From: Macrostomum lignano
Lineage: Eukaryota
Reading direction: 5' to 3'
Assembly: GCA_002269645.1 (NCBI GenBank)
Contig: NIVC01000421.1
Location: 496,001 to 560,000, forward strand
Length of the DNA stretch: 64,000 bases
Shown here: one piece after another, positions 1 to 11,995 of the stretch
Numbering within the stretch: position 1 is the first letter of the stretch
Layout: the number at the start of each line of letters is the position of its first letter
The notes under the pieces: generated by a model
The model's database searches: none
The model's input: only the letters and a program-made list of their open reading frames with translations
Told to the model about the DNA's origin: nothing
Program-made: the position numbers and the translations under genes

Positions 1-990
1 AGGTGCTCCATCACAGACTCTTCAAGTGCTCCACCACAGACTTCAAGGTGCTCCACCACAGACTCTTCAATGTGCTCCATCACAGACTCTTCAAGGTGCT
101 CCACCACAGACTCTTCAAGGTGCTCCACCACAGACTCTTCAAGGTGTCCCACCACAGACTCTTCAAGGTGCTCCACCACAGACTCTTCAAGGTGTCCCAC
201 CACAGACTCTTCAAGGTGCTCCATCACAGACTCTTCAAGGTGCTACATCACAGACTCTTCAAGGTCCTCCACCACAGACTCTTCAAGGTGCTCCACCACA
301 GACTCTTCAAGGTGCTCCATCACAGACTTCAAGGTGCTCCATCACAGACTCTTCAAGTGCTCCACCACAGACTTCAAGGTGCTCCACCACAGACTCTTCA
401 ATGTGCTCCATCACAGACTCTTCAAGGTGCTCCACCACAGACTCTTCAAGGTGCTCCACCACAGACTCTTCAAGGTGTCCCACCACAGACTCTTCAAGGT
501 GCTCCACCACAGACTCTTCAAGGTGTCCCACCACAGACTCTTCAAGGTGCTCCATCACAGACTCTTCAAGGTGCTACATCACAGACTCTTCAAGGTCCTC
601 CACCACAGACTCTTCAAGGTGCTCCACCACAGACTTCAAGGTGCTCCATCACAGACTCTTCAAGTGCTCCACCACAGACTTCAAGGTGCTCCACCACAGA
701 CTCTTCAATGTGCTCCATCACAGACTCTTCAATGTGCTCCATCACAGACTCTTCAAGGTGCTCCACCACAGACTCTTCAAGGTGCTCCACCACAGACTCT
801 TCAAGGTGTCCCACCACAGACTCTTCAAGGTGCTCCACCACAGACTCTTCCAGGTGTCCCACCACAGACTCTTCAAGGTGCTCCATCACAGACTCTTCAA
901 GGTGCTACATCACAGACTCTTCAAGGTCCTCCACCACAGACTCTTCAAGGTGCTCCACCACAGACTCTTCAAGGTGCTCCACCACGGACA
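1..990. repeat. Tandem minisatellite, 24-bp unit (caaggtgctccaccacagactctt) with 22/23-bp variants and a ~307-331 bp higher-order pattern
   Basis: Direct periodicity; rare variants (ttcaagtgct, ggtgctacatc) recur at ~307-331 bp spacing; array runs off the window start. Confidence 0.95.
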
Positions 991-1182
991 CTTCAATAAG
1001 TATTTCCTAAATAATTCAAGATATTTAGTAATTTTTCTCGAGGTGTTTGCAGAACATTTAGTGGCATTTTTCAGGCTAGAATGTTAAAATATTGAATGTC
1101 ATAGTGACTTGAATCTTTATACAATTTTTTATGTTGTTCACAAACCCACCATTGCAGCGCTCGTAAAAAAACGGTTGCTAAA

Positions 1183-2757
1183 ATGTTGGCCAGAGCCTTG
1201 ACAACCGTTGCTATGCAGCAGCAGCAGCAGCATCTCAGCAGAGTCAGGTAAACTTACTGATAGATGTAATTGCAAAAAATCGCGAGTCCATTAGTGTGAG
1301 ATATCTGCATCACGTGTACTTTAGCTGCTAATGTATATTCAATAGAGATCTTTTTAAAGGAATCCACCATTAGTTCTGATAGCTATGTAAAAGAATCAAT
1401 TCTTAAAATCGCCATTTATATCCCCCCTGTTGATTGTCTTTATAATCCCGCATATCATCATATCATACAATTGAAAGTCCAAAAAATTGCTATAAATATT
1501 CCCCTAACAATTGAATTAAACTTCCCCGAAGAGTCGCATTGGAATTCCCCAAGAATCGCATTAGAATTCCCCTAAGAATCGGATTGGAATTTCCTTAGAA
1601 TCACATTGGTATTCCCCTAAGAATCGCATTAGAATTCCCCCAAAAATCGCTTGGGGATTCCCCAAGAATCGCATTGGAATTCCCCAGGTATCGCATTGGA
1701 ATTCCCCTAAGAATCGCATTGGAATTCCCCTAAGAATCGCATTGGAATTCCCCTAAGAATCGCATTGGAATTCCCCCAAGAGTCGCATTGAAATTCCCCT
1801 AAGAATCGCATTGGAATTCCCCTTATAATCGCTTTGGAATTCCCTTATAATCGCATTGGAATTCCCCCAAGAGTCGCATTGGAATTCCCCTAAGAATCGC
1901 ACTGGAATTCCTTGAAGAATTGCATTGGGATTCCCCGATAATCCGTTAAAATATCAAAACTTCCTCAGCTGCCTGAGCCCGGATTTGGCATCATCAGCGG
2001 CAACAACCGCAGCTCGAATCGGCAGATCCGGTAGCCTTGACGATCACTTAGCAGCCACCGACGAGTTGAAAAACTACAATCAAGAGGATGACGATGAAGA
2101 CAATCCCGATGAGGAAGGCGAAGAGGCTGGCGCATTGAAGCAGGAAGAGGATGAGGATGGCGCAGCGTCAGCTCTCAGCCACGATGACCTTCTGCGTAAT
2201 CGTCTTCGATCCTCTGAACCCTCGAATCTTCGTCGAGATAAAAGCGAATTAGTGGCGGAGGCGGAGAGTGCGGCAGCTGCAGCTGCTGCTGCAGAAGCGC
2301 TTTGGCGCCCGTTCGAATTGGTGCATCAGCCTCTCCAGTCTGCTGCTGCTGCTTCTCGTTCGGTCGCTAATTACGGCCGGGGTGCTCAGTTACCGCCGCA
2401 AAGTGCTGCTCAGGCTATGCTCAACGAGTCCAACTGTGAGTGCGAATGGTGAATAGATGGGAGGCAGGCAGACAGACAGACAGACACTAAGACAGACAGA
2501 CAGACACTAAGACAGACAGACAGACACGACACGACACTAAGACAGACAGACAGACAGCAGAGACAGACACTAAGACAGACAGACAGACACTAAGACAGAC
2601 ACTAAGACAGACAGACACACAGACAGACACTAAGACAGACAGACACACAGACAGACACTAAGACAGACAGACAGACACTAAGACAGACAGACAGACAGCA
2701 CAGACAGACACTAAGACAGACAGACAGACAGACACTAAGACAGACAGACAGACACTA

Positions 2758-2798
<41 letters not shown>

Positions 2799-3996
2799 CT
2801 AAGACAGACAGACAGCACAGACAGACACTAAGACAGAGAGACAGAAAGACAGGCAGGCAGACAAACAGGCAGATATCTTATCAGAAATCATTGTCAATAT
2901 TGTTCTGAAGAATTAGAAGAGTGGCTTAATTTATGGAAGCATTAAAACTTTAATTTCAGCGCAGTCAAGCAGCAGTCGGTCAGCTGCACGTCGGGCGTTG
3001 CAACAGCAGCCACAGCAACAGCCAAAGCAGCGAATCAAGAAGCCGCTGAATGCTTTTATGCTGTATATGCGCGACCATCGAGCAGCAGTAGCTGCCGAAC
3101 ATTCGCTTCGAGAGTCCGCGGAAATTAATCGACTATTGGGCCGGCAGTGGCAGTCTTTGTCGCGCCAGGAACAGGCTAAGTGCGTTTTTGTTTGACACAA
3201 ATCGCCGATATGTATCGAAATACTTTTTGAGATTTGATTTCTACATTCCAGATAGTGATTAGAAGTTGGGTGGTGATTTTTGTTTCATACCACAGTGATG
3301 AAAGTTATATCAAATATTTTAGCATTTTACAGTGCCGACATGTATCGAAGTTTATAATACGGATTTAGGTTATTACTGTGACCTATTCACAGAAGGATAA
3401 TCTAAATAACTTCTGATTTTCTACCAGTATCAGTGCTTCTAATTCGACAGGTTTTGTAGATTTCTAAACTTAGGACGCGATTATCTTCTGCTTTGTATTT
3501 TCTCTTTTGGCTGGGCCCAAGGATTCGAACCCGGTTTGGGACGGTTTTGGGCGTTCAAGGTCGACACTTATACTCGTAGCCACTGATCTATTGGCGCCCC
3601 GCATAACTAACAATCGGCGCCACAATTTTTAACCAACGCAGATATTATCACTTGGCCCAATTGGAGAAGGAGCGACACTGCCGGCTGCACCCGAACTGGT
3701 CGGCCAAAGACAACTACGGCTGTGGTGCTGGCGTCAGCGGTGCTACGAGTAGCAGTGTCGGCGCTTCCTATCGCCGTCAACAACAGCAACAGCAACGCTC
3801 TAACCAGCTAAATTTGAATCGTTCGATTCTAATCGATTTAGACAATTGCAGCAATAAGAAATGCCGCGCCGTGTATGGTGTACAACGCCAGGACCTCTGG
3901 TGCCGGCCATGTCGGCGTAAAAAGCGTTGCGCCCGATTTGGCGGCGACAACAAACCGTCTGGCGTCAGTGTTGCTATGGAAACGGTTGCTGTGTAG
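1183..3996 (+). CDS. TCF: TCF/LEF (pangolin-type) HMG-box transcription factor, 4 exons: 1183-1247, 1969-2435, 2960-3179, 3642-3996; ~368 aa
   Basis: HMG box [12 protein letters not shown]...[23 protein letters not shown]|[26 protein letters not shown]; C-clamp [25 protein letters not shown]; divergent beta-catenin-binding motifs [13 protein letters not shown] and [14 protein letters not shown]. All GT-AG junctions are phase-consistent (total 1107 nt). Exon 1 is the least certain. Confidence 0.9.
1520..1940. repeat. 23-bp minisatellite (gaatcgcattggaattcccctaa) in TCF intron 1
   Basis: Direct tandem periodicity. Confidence 0.95.
2466..2870. repeat. (GACA)n microsatellite with cactaa interruptions in TCF intron 2
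   Basis: Direct. Confidence 0.95.
3510..3600 (-). mobile_element. Degenerate tRNA-derived (SINE-head-like) fragment in TCF intron 3
   Basis: Minus strand reads ggggcgccaaTAGATCAGTGG (A-box-like)...GGTTCGAATCC (B box); no convincing cloverleaf. Confidence 0.4.
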
Positions 3997-5116
3997 TTAA
4001 AGATTTCGATGGCGTTTTCATTTAGTTAAAAATGCTTGATTTTTATGTGCAATTAATTATATTGTAATGAATCTGCTGGTTTAAAGTTAATGTTCTTATT
4101 GCTGAGCTTTTTACCCCATCATCCAATTGAGCTTATCGTCTGAGTCATTTTATTTAATTTTTTCCGGCTACAACTGAATCACATGAGCTTGCTTTTCCCT
4201 TTGGCCTTAGAATTACTCCGTAATTTATTTTTTTATATTTTTGCGTTACTGCGCTTATGCTGCTACTTATCTTTTGCCAGTAGTGCAAGTTGAACTTTTG
4301 AATTTTAACAATAAATTTAATGGCGCCTTTTTAAACTTGCTAGCTGATAGATATATATTTTCGATACATATCGCCAGGCAATTTTTTTCAGTTACGTACA
4401 ATGTATGTTTTTTATGCATGCATTTCATTTTCTGGCTTTCTGCTTAAACAATATAATTATTATAGTTTCAATAAAACTCGCTTTTTTGCCTAATTGAAGT
4501 ACTTTATTAAATTTTCTTTTTGTCTACCCTGCTTAAACTGCCAAGCTACCGGTTTTGGTATCTTAAAATACTAGTTCACTTTTTTACCCTAATATGCTTA
4601 GCTCGTAAAATGAAATAACATTATAATATGGCCTTGATCTTGCTTGTTTACAAGCGTTCCTGTGTTTGTTTATTGTGAGATTCTTGACAGCAGTAAATAA
4701 ACGTAAAACCAAAGCGAAATTTTAGCTTTTCAAACAAAAATTTATTGTGCAACTTGAAATTTTCTATTTGTTTAATAACTTAATTCTTTTGAAGAACTTC
4801 AGTTTTTTGTAAAAATATTTCAGCTTTCAATCCGCTACAAAGTACAAAGCATCTAATCTAAGACTAAGCCAGCTAGGGTGCTTAGGTGCTAGGCTACTAC
4901 TACTAGTAACTTGTTAGCACATAGTGCGATGAAACAAATCGAGGATCAATTAGTGTTGTTTAACCTGCTTCATTCATTTTAAGCTAGTTAAGAAAAAATT
5001 TTTAAAGTTTATTTTAAAGTTTTTTATAATTTGTTATTTGTTAGGACAGTTAGTGACAAACTCATTTTTAGTATTTCTGGGTACAAAACCAAGCTACAAC
5101 AACATCAAGTTCAGCG

Positions 5117-5190
5117 GGCCGAGTAGCTCAGTTGGTTAGAGCGTCGTGCTGATAACGCGAAGGTCGAGGGTTCGAGCCCCTCCCCGGCCA
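5117..5190 (+). tRNA. tRNA-Ile, anticodon GAT (5151-5153)
   Basis: 74-nt cloverleaf: acceptor GGCCGAG/CCCGGCC (one A-C mismatch), D arm GCTC..GAGC, anticodon stem TCGTG/CGCGA with loop CTGATAA, T arm GAGGG-TTCGAGC-CCCTC, discriminator A, T6 terminator just downstream. Body resembles eukaryotic tRNA-Ile(AAT). Confidence 0.9.
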
Positions 5191-6183
5191 CTGATTTTTT
5201 GCAGTTACCCAAAAAGTTTCATTGAAAATTTCGAGCCATTTTAACCTGACCGGAAAGAACTCATCTGTTTTTCTACATTCGCTAATTTATATTTATTACA
5301 CCTTAATAAAACAAACATCGTAGCTGTTTTACATTCGCCGATATGTATCGTATTATGAGTTATATTCATAAGTTTAAGTGTCTTTTTAGTAGGACTAGGA
5401 GTATATTATATATAGTATACGATACAGTAAGGTTCTTCAAGAGTGTTTAAGGAGATTGTTTAGTTTTTAGCTCTACTTTAGATGGCAAAATTTAATTCTA
5501 AGCTCCTCCTGAATTTTAAAGTGAGAGTTTTTAAGATTTTTGAACAACCAAAGGTTGCTATAATGCGTACTTCTACTTAAAGTAGTTTAGTTTAACAGTT
5601 ATACATATACAGTCCACTAATTGAGAGTGAGAGACGAGGAGAAATGAGAGTCAGGGGTTAAGCGACTGCTTATTGAATACTTTAAAAGATTTTCACCGAG
5701 TCTAAACTTAATACTAATAGCTATAATGCAATGTCAGCTTTCCTAATCCATAGTTATCGATCGGGCTACTGCAGCGCATGTGCGTACAGTACGCGTGTGC
5801 AGTGCTGCACTGTGAGAGTCGTTTTAAAAATGAATACAACTCTATTCAATACTGCGTTTTCATAAGCGTGTACGTTTGCATACAGATAGCAGGCACTGAG
5901 ACTAACAAAGCAATAAATCGATTTAGCGCTCTCAATACATGTAACTCTATCTTACATGTATATTCACGTGCAAAGCTAAGTTTTGGATTTAAGCGAATGC
6001 TCTCTATAGGACTCTATAGGGCTATATGCACACTTGTATAGCTGCGAATATATTGAATACTATAGAGTACAAAGCTACCATGTATAGGTACAGGTAGATC
6101 CTGCGATATATACTGTACATGTAAAAATAAATTTTTGCATAGGGAAAAGTCTATAATTATAGTATACTGCATAATACGCTCGT

Positions 6184-9100
6184 ATGGCTAAAGCTCAGAG
6201 TTACAAATCAATGGACAATTTGTCCGATGGTAAGTATTATGTAGCTTATTCAGCTGCTTTTATATCTTTTTATATTGTAGGCTTGAGATTGGAGGCAAGA
6301 CTGAGATTAGTTGAGACTGAGATGAAATTTAAGGCTGAGATGAAAGTTAATTAAGGCTGAGATGAAGGTTGAGACTGAGATGAAGGTTAAGACTGAGATG
6401 AAAGTTAATTAAGGCTGAGATGAAGGTTGAGACTGAGATGAAGGTTAAGACTGAGATGAAAGTTAATTAAGGCTGAGATGAAGGTTGAGACTGAGATGAA
6501 GGTTGAGACTAAGATGAAGGTTAAGACTGAGATGAAAGTTGAGACTGAGATGAAGGTTGAGACTCATCGAGATGAAGGTGACATTGATATGAAGGTTGAG
6601 ACTGAGAGGTAGGTTGGGACAGACGAACAGGATGAGAGTGAGATGAAAGTTGAAGGTGAGGCGTATGCATAAGGGAGCTGAAGGTTGCAAAAGGTGTAGC
6701 AGAGGTTGAGAATGAGATTATGTTTGAGAAATGTACATGTACATTGAAACTAAGATGTACACGTGGGTTGAGAAAGATGAGGATGCAGAGGGTGATGAAG
6801 ATTGAGAATCAGTTCTGAGTTAATTATCCATGCAAAGTCCCAATGATGCGCTTTATAGGCCTGAGAAATCTTCTCTGCCAGCCCTGCGACAAGACGCCCG
6901 AGAAGTCCGAATCTACAGACAGAAAAGTCGATTCGAACGAAGAAAAAGTCCAGTACACTGTCGACGAGGCGGTGGAGTATTTTGGCTGCGGCAGATTTCA
7001 GATTCGAGTGACTGCAATTTCTGGAATTTTGAATGTGAGATCTTCGTAGCATTTTCTGTTTTGATTATTTAACTACCCCCGTTGCTATGCGAACCTGCGT
7101 TGTTATGGTGCCCGTGAGTAGGGGTGAGCTCTTTTGCTATGGTACAGCATCCTCTGGTACCCTGGTAGTACCTATGGTACCCCGTTGTTATGGTTACCCT
7201 GTTGCTATGGTACCCCGTTGCTATGATACCCCGTTACCATGGTACCCCATTGCTATGGTACCTCGTTGCTATCGTACCCCGTTGCTATGGTACCCCGTTG
7301 CTATGGTACCCCGTTGCTATGGTACCCCGTTGCTATGGTACCTGTCACTATGGTACCTGTCGCTATGGTACCCGTTGTTGTGGTACCCCATTGCTATGGT
7401 AACCCCGTTGTTATGGTACCCCGTTGCTATGGTACCCCATTGCTATGGTAATCCGTTGCTATGGTACCCCATTGCTATGGTAATCCGTTGCTATGGTATT
7501 TTTTCGCAATGCATGATCCCAGTTGTTATCATACATGTACCTTGGTTACTTATGCAACTAAAGGCCGCCGACGCCATGGAGATGCTGCTATTAGCCATAC
7601 TTGGCCCGACTTTGCGCTGCGAGTGGCACCTGAGTCACGCCCAAGTCGCCGCCATGACCACCTTCGTGTTCATCGGCATGCTGCTCGGTGCGTCAATCTG
7701 GGGCGCCGCTGCCGACAAAGTCGGCCGTCGAACCGTCCTGTTGGTCAGCACGGCGCTCATCGCCTACTTCGGCCTGCTGTGCTCGGCAGCCCCGAGCTAC
7801 GCCTGGGTGGTTACCCTGCGCTGTTTTGTCGGGTTCAACATCGGCGGCGGCGCGCAGAGCTACACCCTGCTGACTGAGTACCTGCCGCACCGTACTCGAG
7901 TAGCCGCTATTGTCAGCAACCTGCTGAGCTGGTGCGCTGGCGGCATCTTCCTGGTGCTGACGGCTTGGGTGATTGTGCCGACACTGGGCTGGCGCTGGCT
8001 CACCGCGTTGGCAGCGGCGCCGCTGGCTCTGGTGCTGCCGCTGATGCTGGTGAGTTGACGTTTCTTGGAATGCGTGAAGCTTATAGCTCGACACGTTTCT
8101 TTGAAAAATAAGAAGCAGCGAAATTAACTCGAATGCTTTGAAAGTCTTTTTCTTAGAATTAGTTTCATGGTTTTCTTTTAAATCGTGTTTCCTAGAATGT
8201 GATAAAGGATAGCGTGTTTCTTAGAATGTGATGAAGGATAGCGTGTTTCCTAGAATGTGATAAAGGATAGCGTGTTTCTTAGAATGTGATGAAGGATAGC
8301 GTGTTTCCTAGAATGTGATAAAGGATAGCGTGTTTCTTAGAATGTGATGAAGGATAGCGTGTTTCCTAGAATGTGATAAAGGATAGTGTGTTTCCTAGAA
8401 TGTGATAAAGGATAGCGTGTTTCCTAGAATGTAATAAAGGATAGCGTGTTTCCTAGAATGTAATAAAAGATAGCGTGTTTCCTAGAATGTCATAAAATAT
8501 CGCGTGTTTCCTAGAATGTGATTTTCTAGAATTTTTGCCCGTAGTATCGTACGGAGGTTTTAAATATTTATTTTTTCTTAGACTGGAGGTTATACTGGAG
8601 GTTAATATTAATTTTTATTATCATAGACTCGAATCGACTAGATTACGAGCTGAATATTTTGCTTAAAATCAGGCACCCACACGCTACAAGTGTCTGCGTA
8701 AATACATTTCTGGGTCAATGCTTATAGCAATCAATTTGGCTCATTTTTTCTTCAAGCTTTTTCTACCTGAATCGCTTCGCTACCTGTTGGCTTCCGGCCG
8801 GGAAGTGGAAGCAGCCAAAGTGATGGAGCTCATGGCCAAGGAAAACGGGCGACCACCTCTGCCAGGAGAGCTGGTGTCCCAGCAGTTCACGGATGCTGTG
8901 AGTGACTAAGATTTTAATATCGGTTTAGCGACTCTGCGTTTCACTTTTCACGATTTCCTTCATTAAGTTTCAATATACTTATCACCTTACGAGCGTATAG
9001 TCATTCTCTAATAGCCTCTCATCAAATCCCAATAGTGTGACTCTCATCAAATCCCAATAATGTGACTCATCAAATCTCAATAATGTGACTCTCATCAAAC

Positions 9101-10522
9101 CCCAGTAATGTGACTCTCATCAAATCCCAATAATGTGACTCTCATCAAATCTCAATAATGTGACTCTCATCAAATCCCAATAAGGTGACTCTCCTCAAAT
9201 CCCAGTAATGTGACTCTCATCAAATCCCAATAGTGTGACTCTCATCAAATTCCAATAATGTGATTCTCATCAAATCCCAATAGTGTGACTCTCATCAAAT
9301 CCCAGTAATAATGTGACTCTCATCAATTCCTAATAAAAAAGGCCCTCAAGCAATTCCCGCATTCCCCCGCAGTCGCGCAGAGGTCACGTGAGTCAGCTGT
9401 TTCACAGCAGCATTCGCAGGGTGACGCTAACCCTGTTCCCAATCTGGTTCACCATCGCGTTCACTTACTACGGGATCATCCTGCTAAGCTCGGATGTGAC
9501 GTCATTTAAACAGCGCTGCCCGTCTGACAACTCCCCAACGCGAGACAGTTCAATAGTGGACACGTCCTGCTGCCGCAATCTAAATTCGCAGGATTATAAA
9601 TCTATTCTGTTGGCATCAACTGGCGAGTTGGTTATTCTGCCGTTCAATCTGATACTGCTGGATCGAATTGGACGTTGACCAACCGCTGCGCTGCTTTTCA
9701 TTGCTGCTTCAATCTTTGTCGGGCTTGTGTCAGCCTGCGTACCAGCCTGGACCACAACGGCGTTCCTGTTCTTGACCAGGGGATGCGCTGCCGCTTTGTT
9801 TAACTGGTGCTACCTGTACACTGCTGAGGTGATCTAGGAGATGAAGGAGAACCATGATGCTGCTACTTGTACCTGTACACTGCTGAGGTGATCTAGGAGA
9901 TGAAGGGGAACCATGATGCTGCTACTTGTACCTGTACACTGCTAAGGTGATCTAGGAGATGAAGGGGAACCATGATGCTGCTACTTGTACCTGTACACTG
10001 CTGAGCTAGGTTATCTAGGGGATGAAGGGAATCCTAGGGGGCTTGATAATTGTACTTGTACACTGCTGAAGTGATGTAGTAGACATGAAGGGGAACCCTG
10101 GGGCTTGATAATTGTACCTGTACACTGATGAGGTGATGTAGGAGAAGGTGAATCATGGTGCTAACTGCTCTTTTCAGTGTTATTTCACATCTGAGTTGAA
10201 TTTTCGACAAATGATAAAAAAGCAGAAAACCTACTGTCTCCCCCAGGTTTATCCAACATCAATCCGAAGCCTTGGTATCGGCCTACACTCAGCCGTGGCC
10301 CGGGTTGGTTCTATGCTGACGCCTCTAGTAGCTCAGGTGCTGTTACCTCAGGTGAGCGTTAGCCTAGCATTTTCAACGTACATTGGACTCAACCTGGCCT
10401 GTTGCTGTCTGGCCATATCGCTTCCGGTGGAGACTCTGGGCCGTGCGATGCAACAGTCGATAATAGTTGACGATTCCTCGACCTCTGCCGCGGCTTCCGG
10501 TGTCGATGAGAAAAAAGATTAA
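6184..10522 (+). CDS. SVOP: SVOP (SV2-related) MFS transporter, 6 exons: 6184-6229, 6838-7034, 7564-8049, 8757-8897, 9373-9828, 10247-10522; ~533 codons with an in-frame TGA at 9676-9678
   Basis: YTVDEAVEYFGCGRFQ, ADAMEMLLLAILGPTLRCEW, WGAAADKVGRR, YTLLTEYLP, LPESLRYL, YLYTAE|VYPTSIRSLGIG match SVOP-family motifs; junction phases are consistent (1602 nt). The first micro-exon is inferred from phase only. Confidence 0.85.
6296..6570. repeat. 18-bp minisatellite (gagactgagatgaaggtt) in inferred SVOP intron 1
   Basis: Direct periodicity. Confidence 0.9.
7165..7500. repeat. 16-bp minisatellite (ggtaccccgttgctat) in SVOP intron
   Basis: Direct periodicity. Confidence 0.95.
8190..8520. repeat. 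29-bp minisatellite (gtttcctagaatgtgataaaggatagcgt) in SVOP intron
   Basis: Direct periodicity. Confidence 0.95.
9020..9330. repeat. 25-bp minisatellite (tgtgactctcatcaaatcccaataa) in SVOP intron
   Basis: Direct periodicity. Confidence 0.95.
9810..10145. repeat. 59-bp tandem repeat spanning the SVOP exon/intron junction at 9828/9829
   Basis: tacctgtacactgctgag-gtgatctaggagatgaagg recurs with donor-like GT at 9829, 9888 and 9947, then degrades. Confidence 0.9.
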
Positions 10523-10914
10523 CAACCATATAATACCGTGAAAATAACGGCACCGTTAAAGACTCCACAGAGGCAACTCCGAAGTTATACTTAAACGCAC
10601 GCACGTATTGCATGACAAGATTCGTTAGCCGTACTACGATCGTAGAGGTTAAAGAAAAATATTAAGACACTTGCGCTTCTTGACAATCGTAAGAAACTTG
10701 CAAAAAAGTATCCTATGACATGCAGTTGTGAGGCTCATTGATTTTTTAAATAAGCTCCATGTTACACTGTATAGTGTACACTGCCCGGGAAAAAAAAACA
10801 TGCTAAACTTTCCAAGTCAACCATGTACTTGGATGACATTGTTGACTTACCAAGTTTGCAAAGTATCATTGTCATGTACTTAAAAAGTATGCAATGTTTT
10901 TACCCAACTTCAAT

Positions 10915-11995
10915 CGACTTTTCAAGTTTGCAAAGTACACTTCCGATGTCTACATCCAAGTACTTAGAAAGTATCCAAAGTAGAGCCTACTTGGTTCGAC
11001 TTTCCAAGTTTGCAAAGTACACTTCCGATGTCTACATCCAAGTACTTAGAAAGTATCCAAAGTAGAGCCTACTTGGTTCGACTTTCCAAGTTTGCAAAGT
11101 ACACTTCCGATGTCTACATCCAAGTACTTGGAAAGTATCCAAAGTAGAGCCTACTTGGTTGACTTTCCAAGTATGCAAAGTATACTTCCAATGTCTACAT
11201 CCAAGTACTTAGAAAGTATCCAAAGTAGAGCCTACTTGGTTCGACTTTCCAAGTTTGCAAAGTACACTTCCGATGTCTACATCCAAGTACTTGGAAAGTA
11301 TCCAAAGTAGAGCCTACTTGGTTGACTTTCCAAATATGCAAAGTACACTTCCAATGTCTACATCCAAGTACTTAGAAAGTATCCAAAGTAGAGCCTACTT
11401 GGTTCGACTTTCCAAGTTTGCAAAGTACACTTCCGATGTCTACATCCAAGTACTTAGAAAGTATCCAAAGTAGAGCCTACTTGGTTCGACTTTCCAAGTT
11501 TGCAAAGTACACTTCCGATGTCTACATCCAAGTACTTAGAAAGTATCCAAAGTAGAGCCTACTTGGTTCGACTTTCCAAGTTTGCAAAGTACACTTCCGA
11601 TGTCTACATCCAAGTACTTGGAAAGTATCCAAAGTAGAGCCTACTTGGTTGACTTTCCAAGTATGCAAAGTATACTTCCAATGTCTACATCCAAGTACTT
11701 AGAAAGTATCCAAAGTAGAGCCTACTTGGTTCGACTTTCCAAGTTTGCAAAGTACACTTCCGATGTCTACATCCAAGTACTTGGAAAGTATCCAAAGTAG
11801 AGCCTACTTGGTTGACTTTCCAAATATGCAAAGTACACTTCCAATGTCTACATCCAAGTACTTAGAAAGTATCCAAAGTAGAGCCTACTTGGTTCGACTT
11901 TCCAAGTTTGCAAAGTACACTTCCGATGTCTACATCCAAGTACTTAGAAAGTATCCAAAGTAGAGCCTACTTGGTTAGACTTTCCAAGTTTGCAA
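10915..11995. repeat. 81/82-bp tandem repeat (ctttccaagtttgcaaagtacacttccgatgtc...)
   Basis: Direct periodicity, about 13 copies. Confidence 0.95.

Noticed and set aside
3-1087. Three overlapping 300+ aa ORFs
   Set aside because: All three frames are open only because of the 24-bp repeat.
3970-3983. Consensus X-box GTTGCTATGGAAAC
   Set aside because: It lies inside TCF coding sequence (VAMET) and far from any start codon, so chance cannot be excluded.
9676-9678. Genome-wide UGA reassignment
   Set aside because: Only one internal TGA among six genes, and TGA terminates Src paralog 1.
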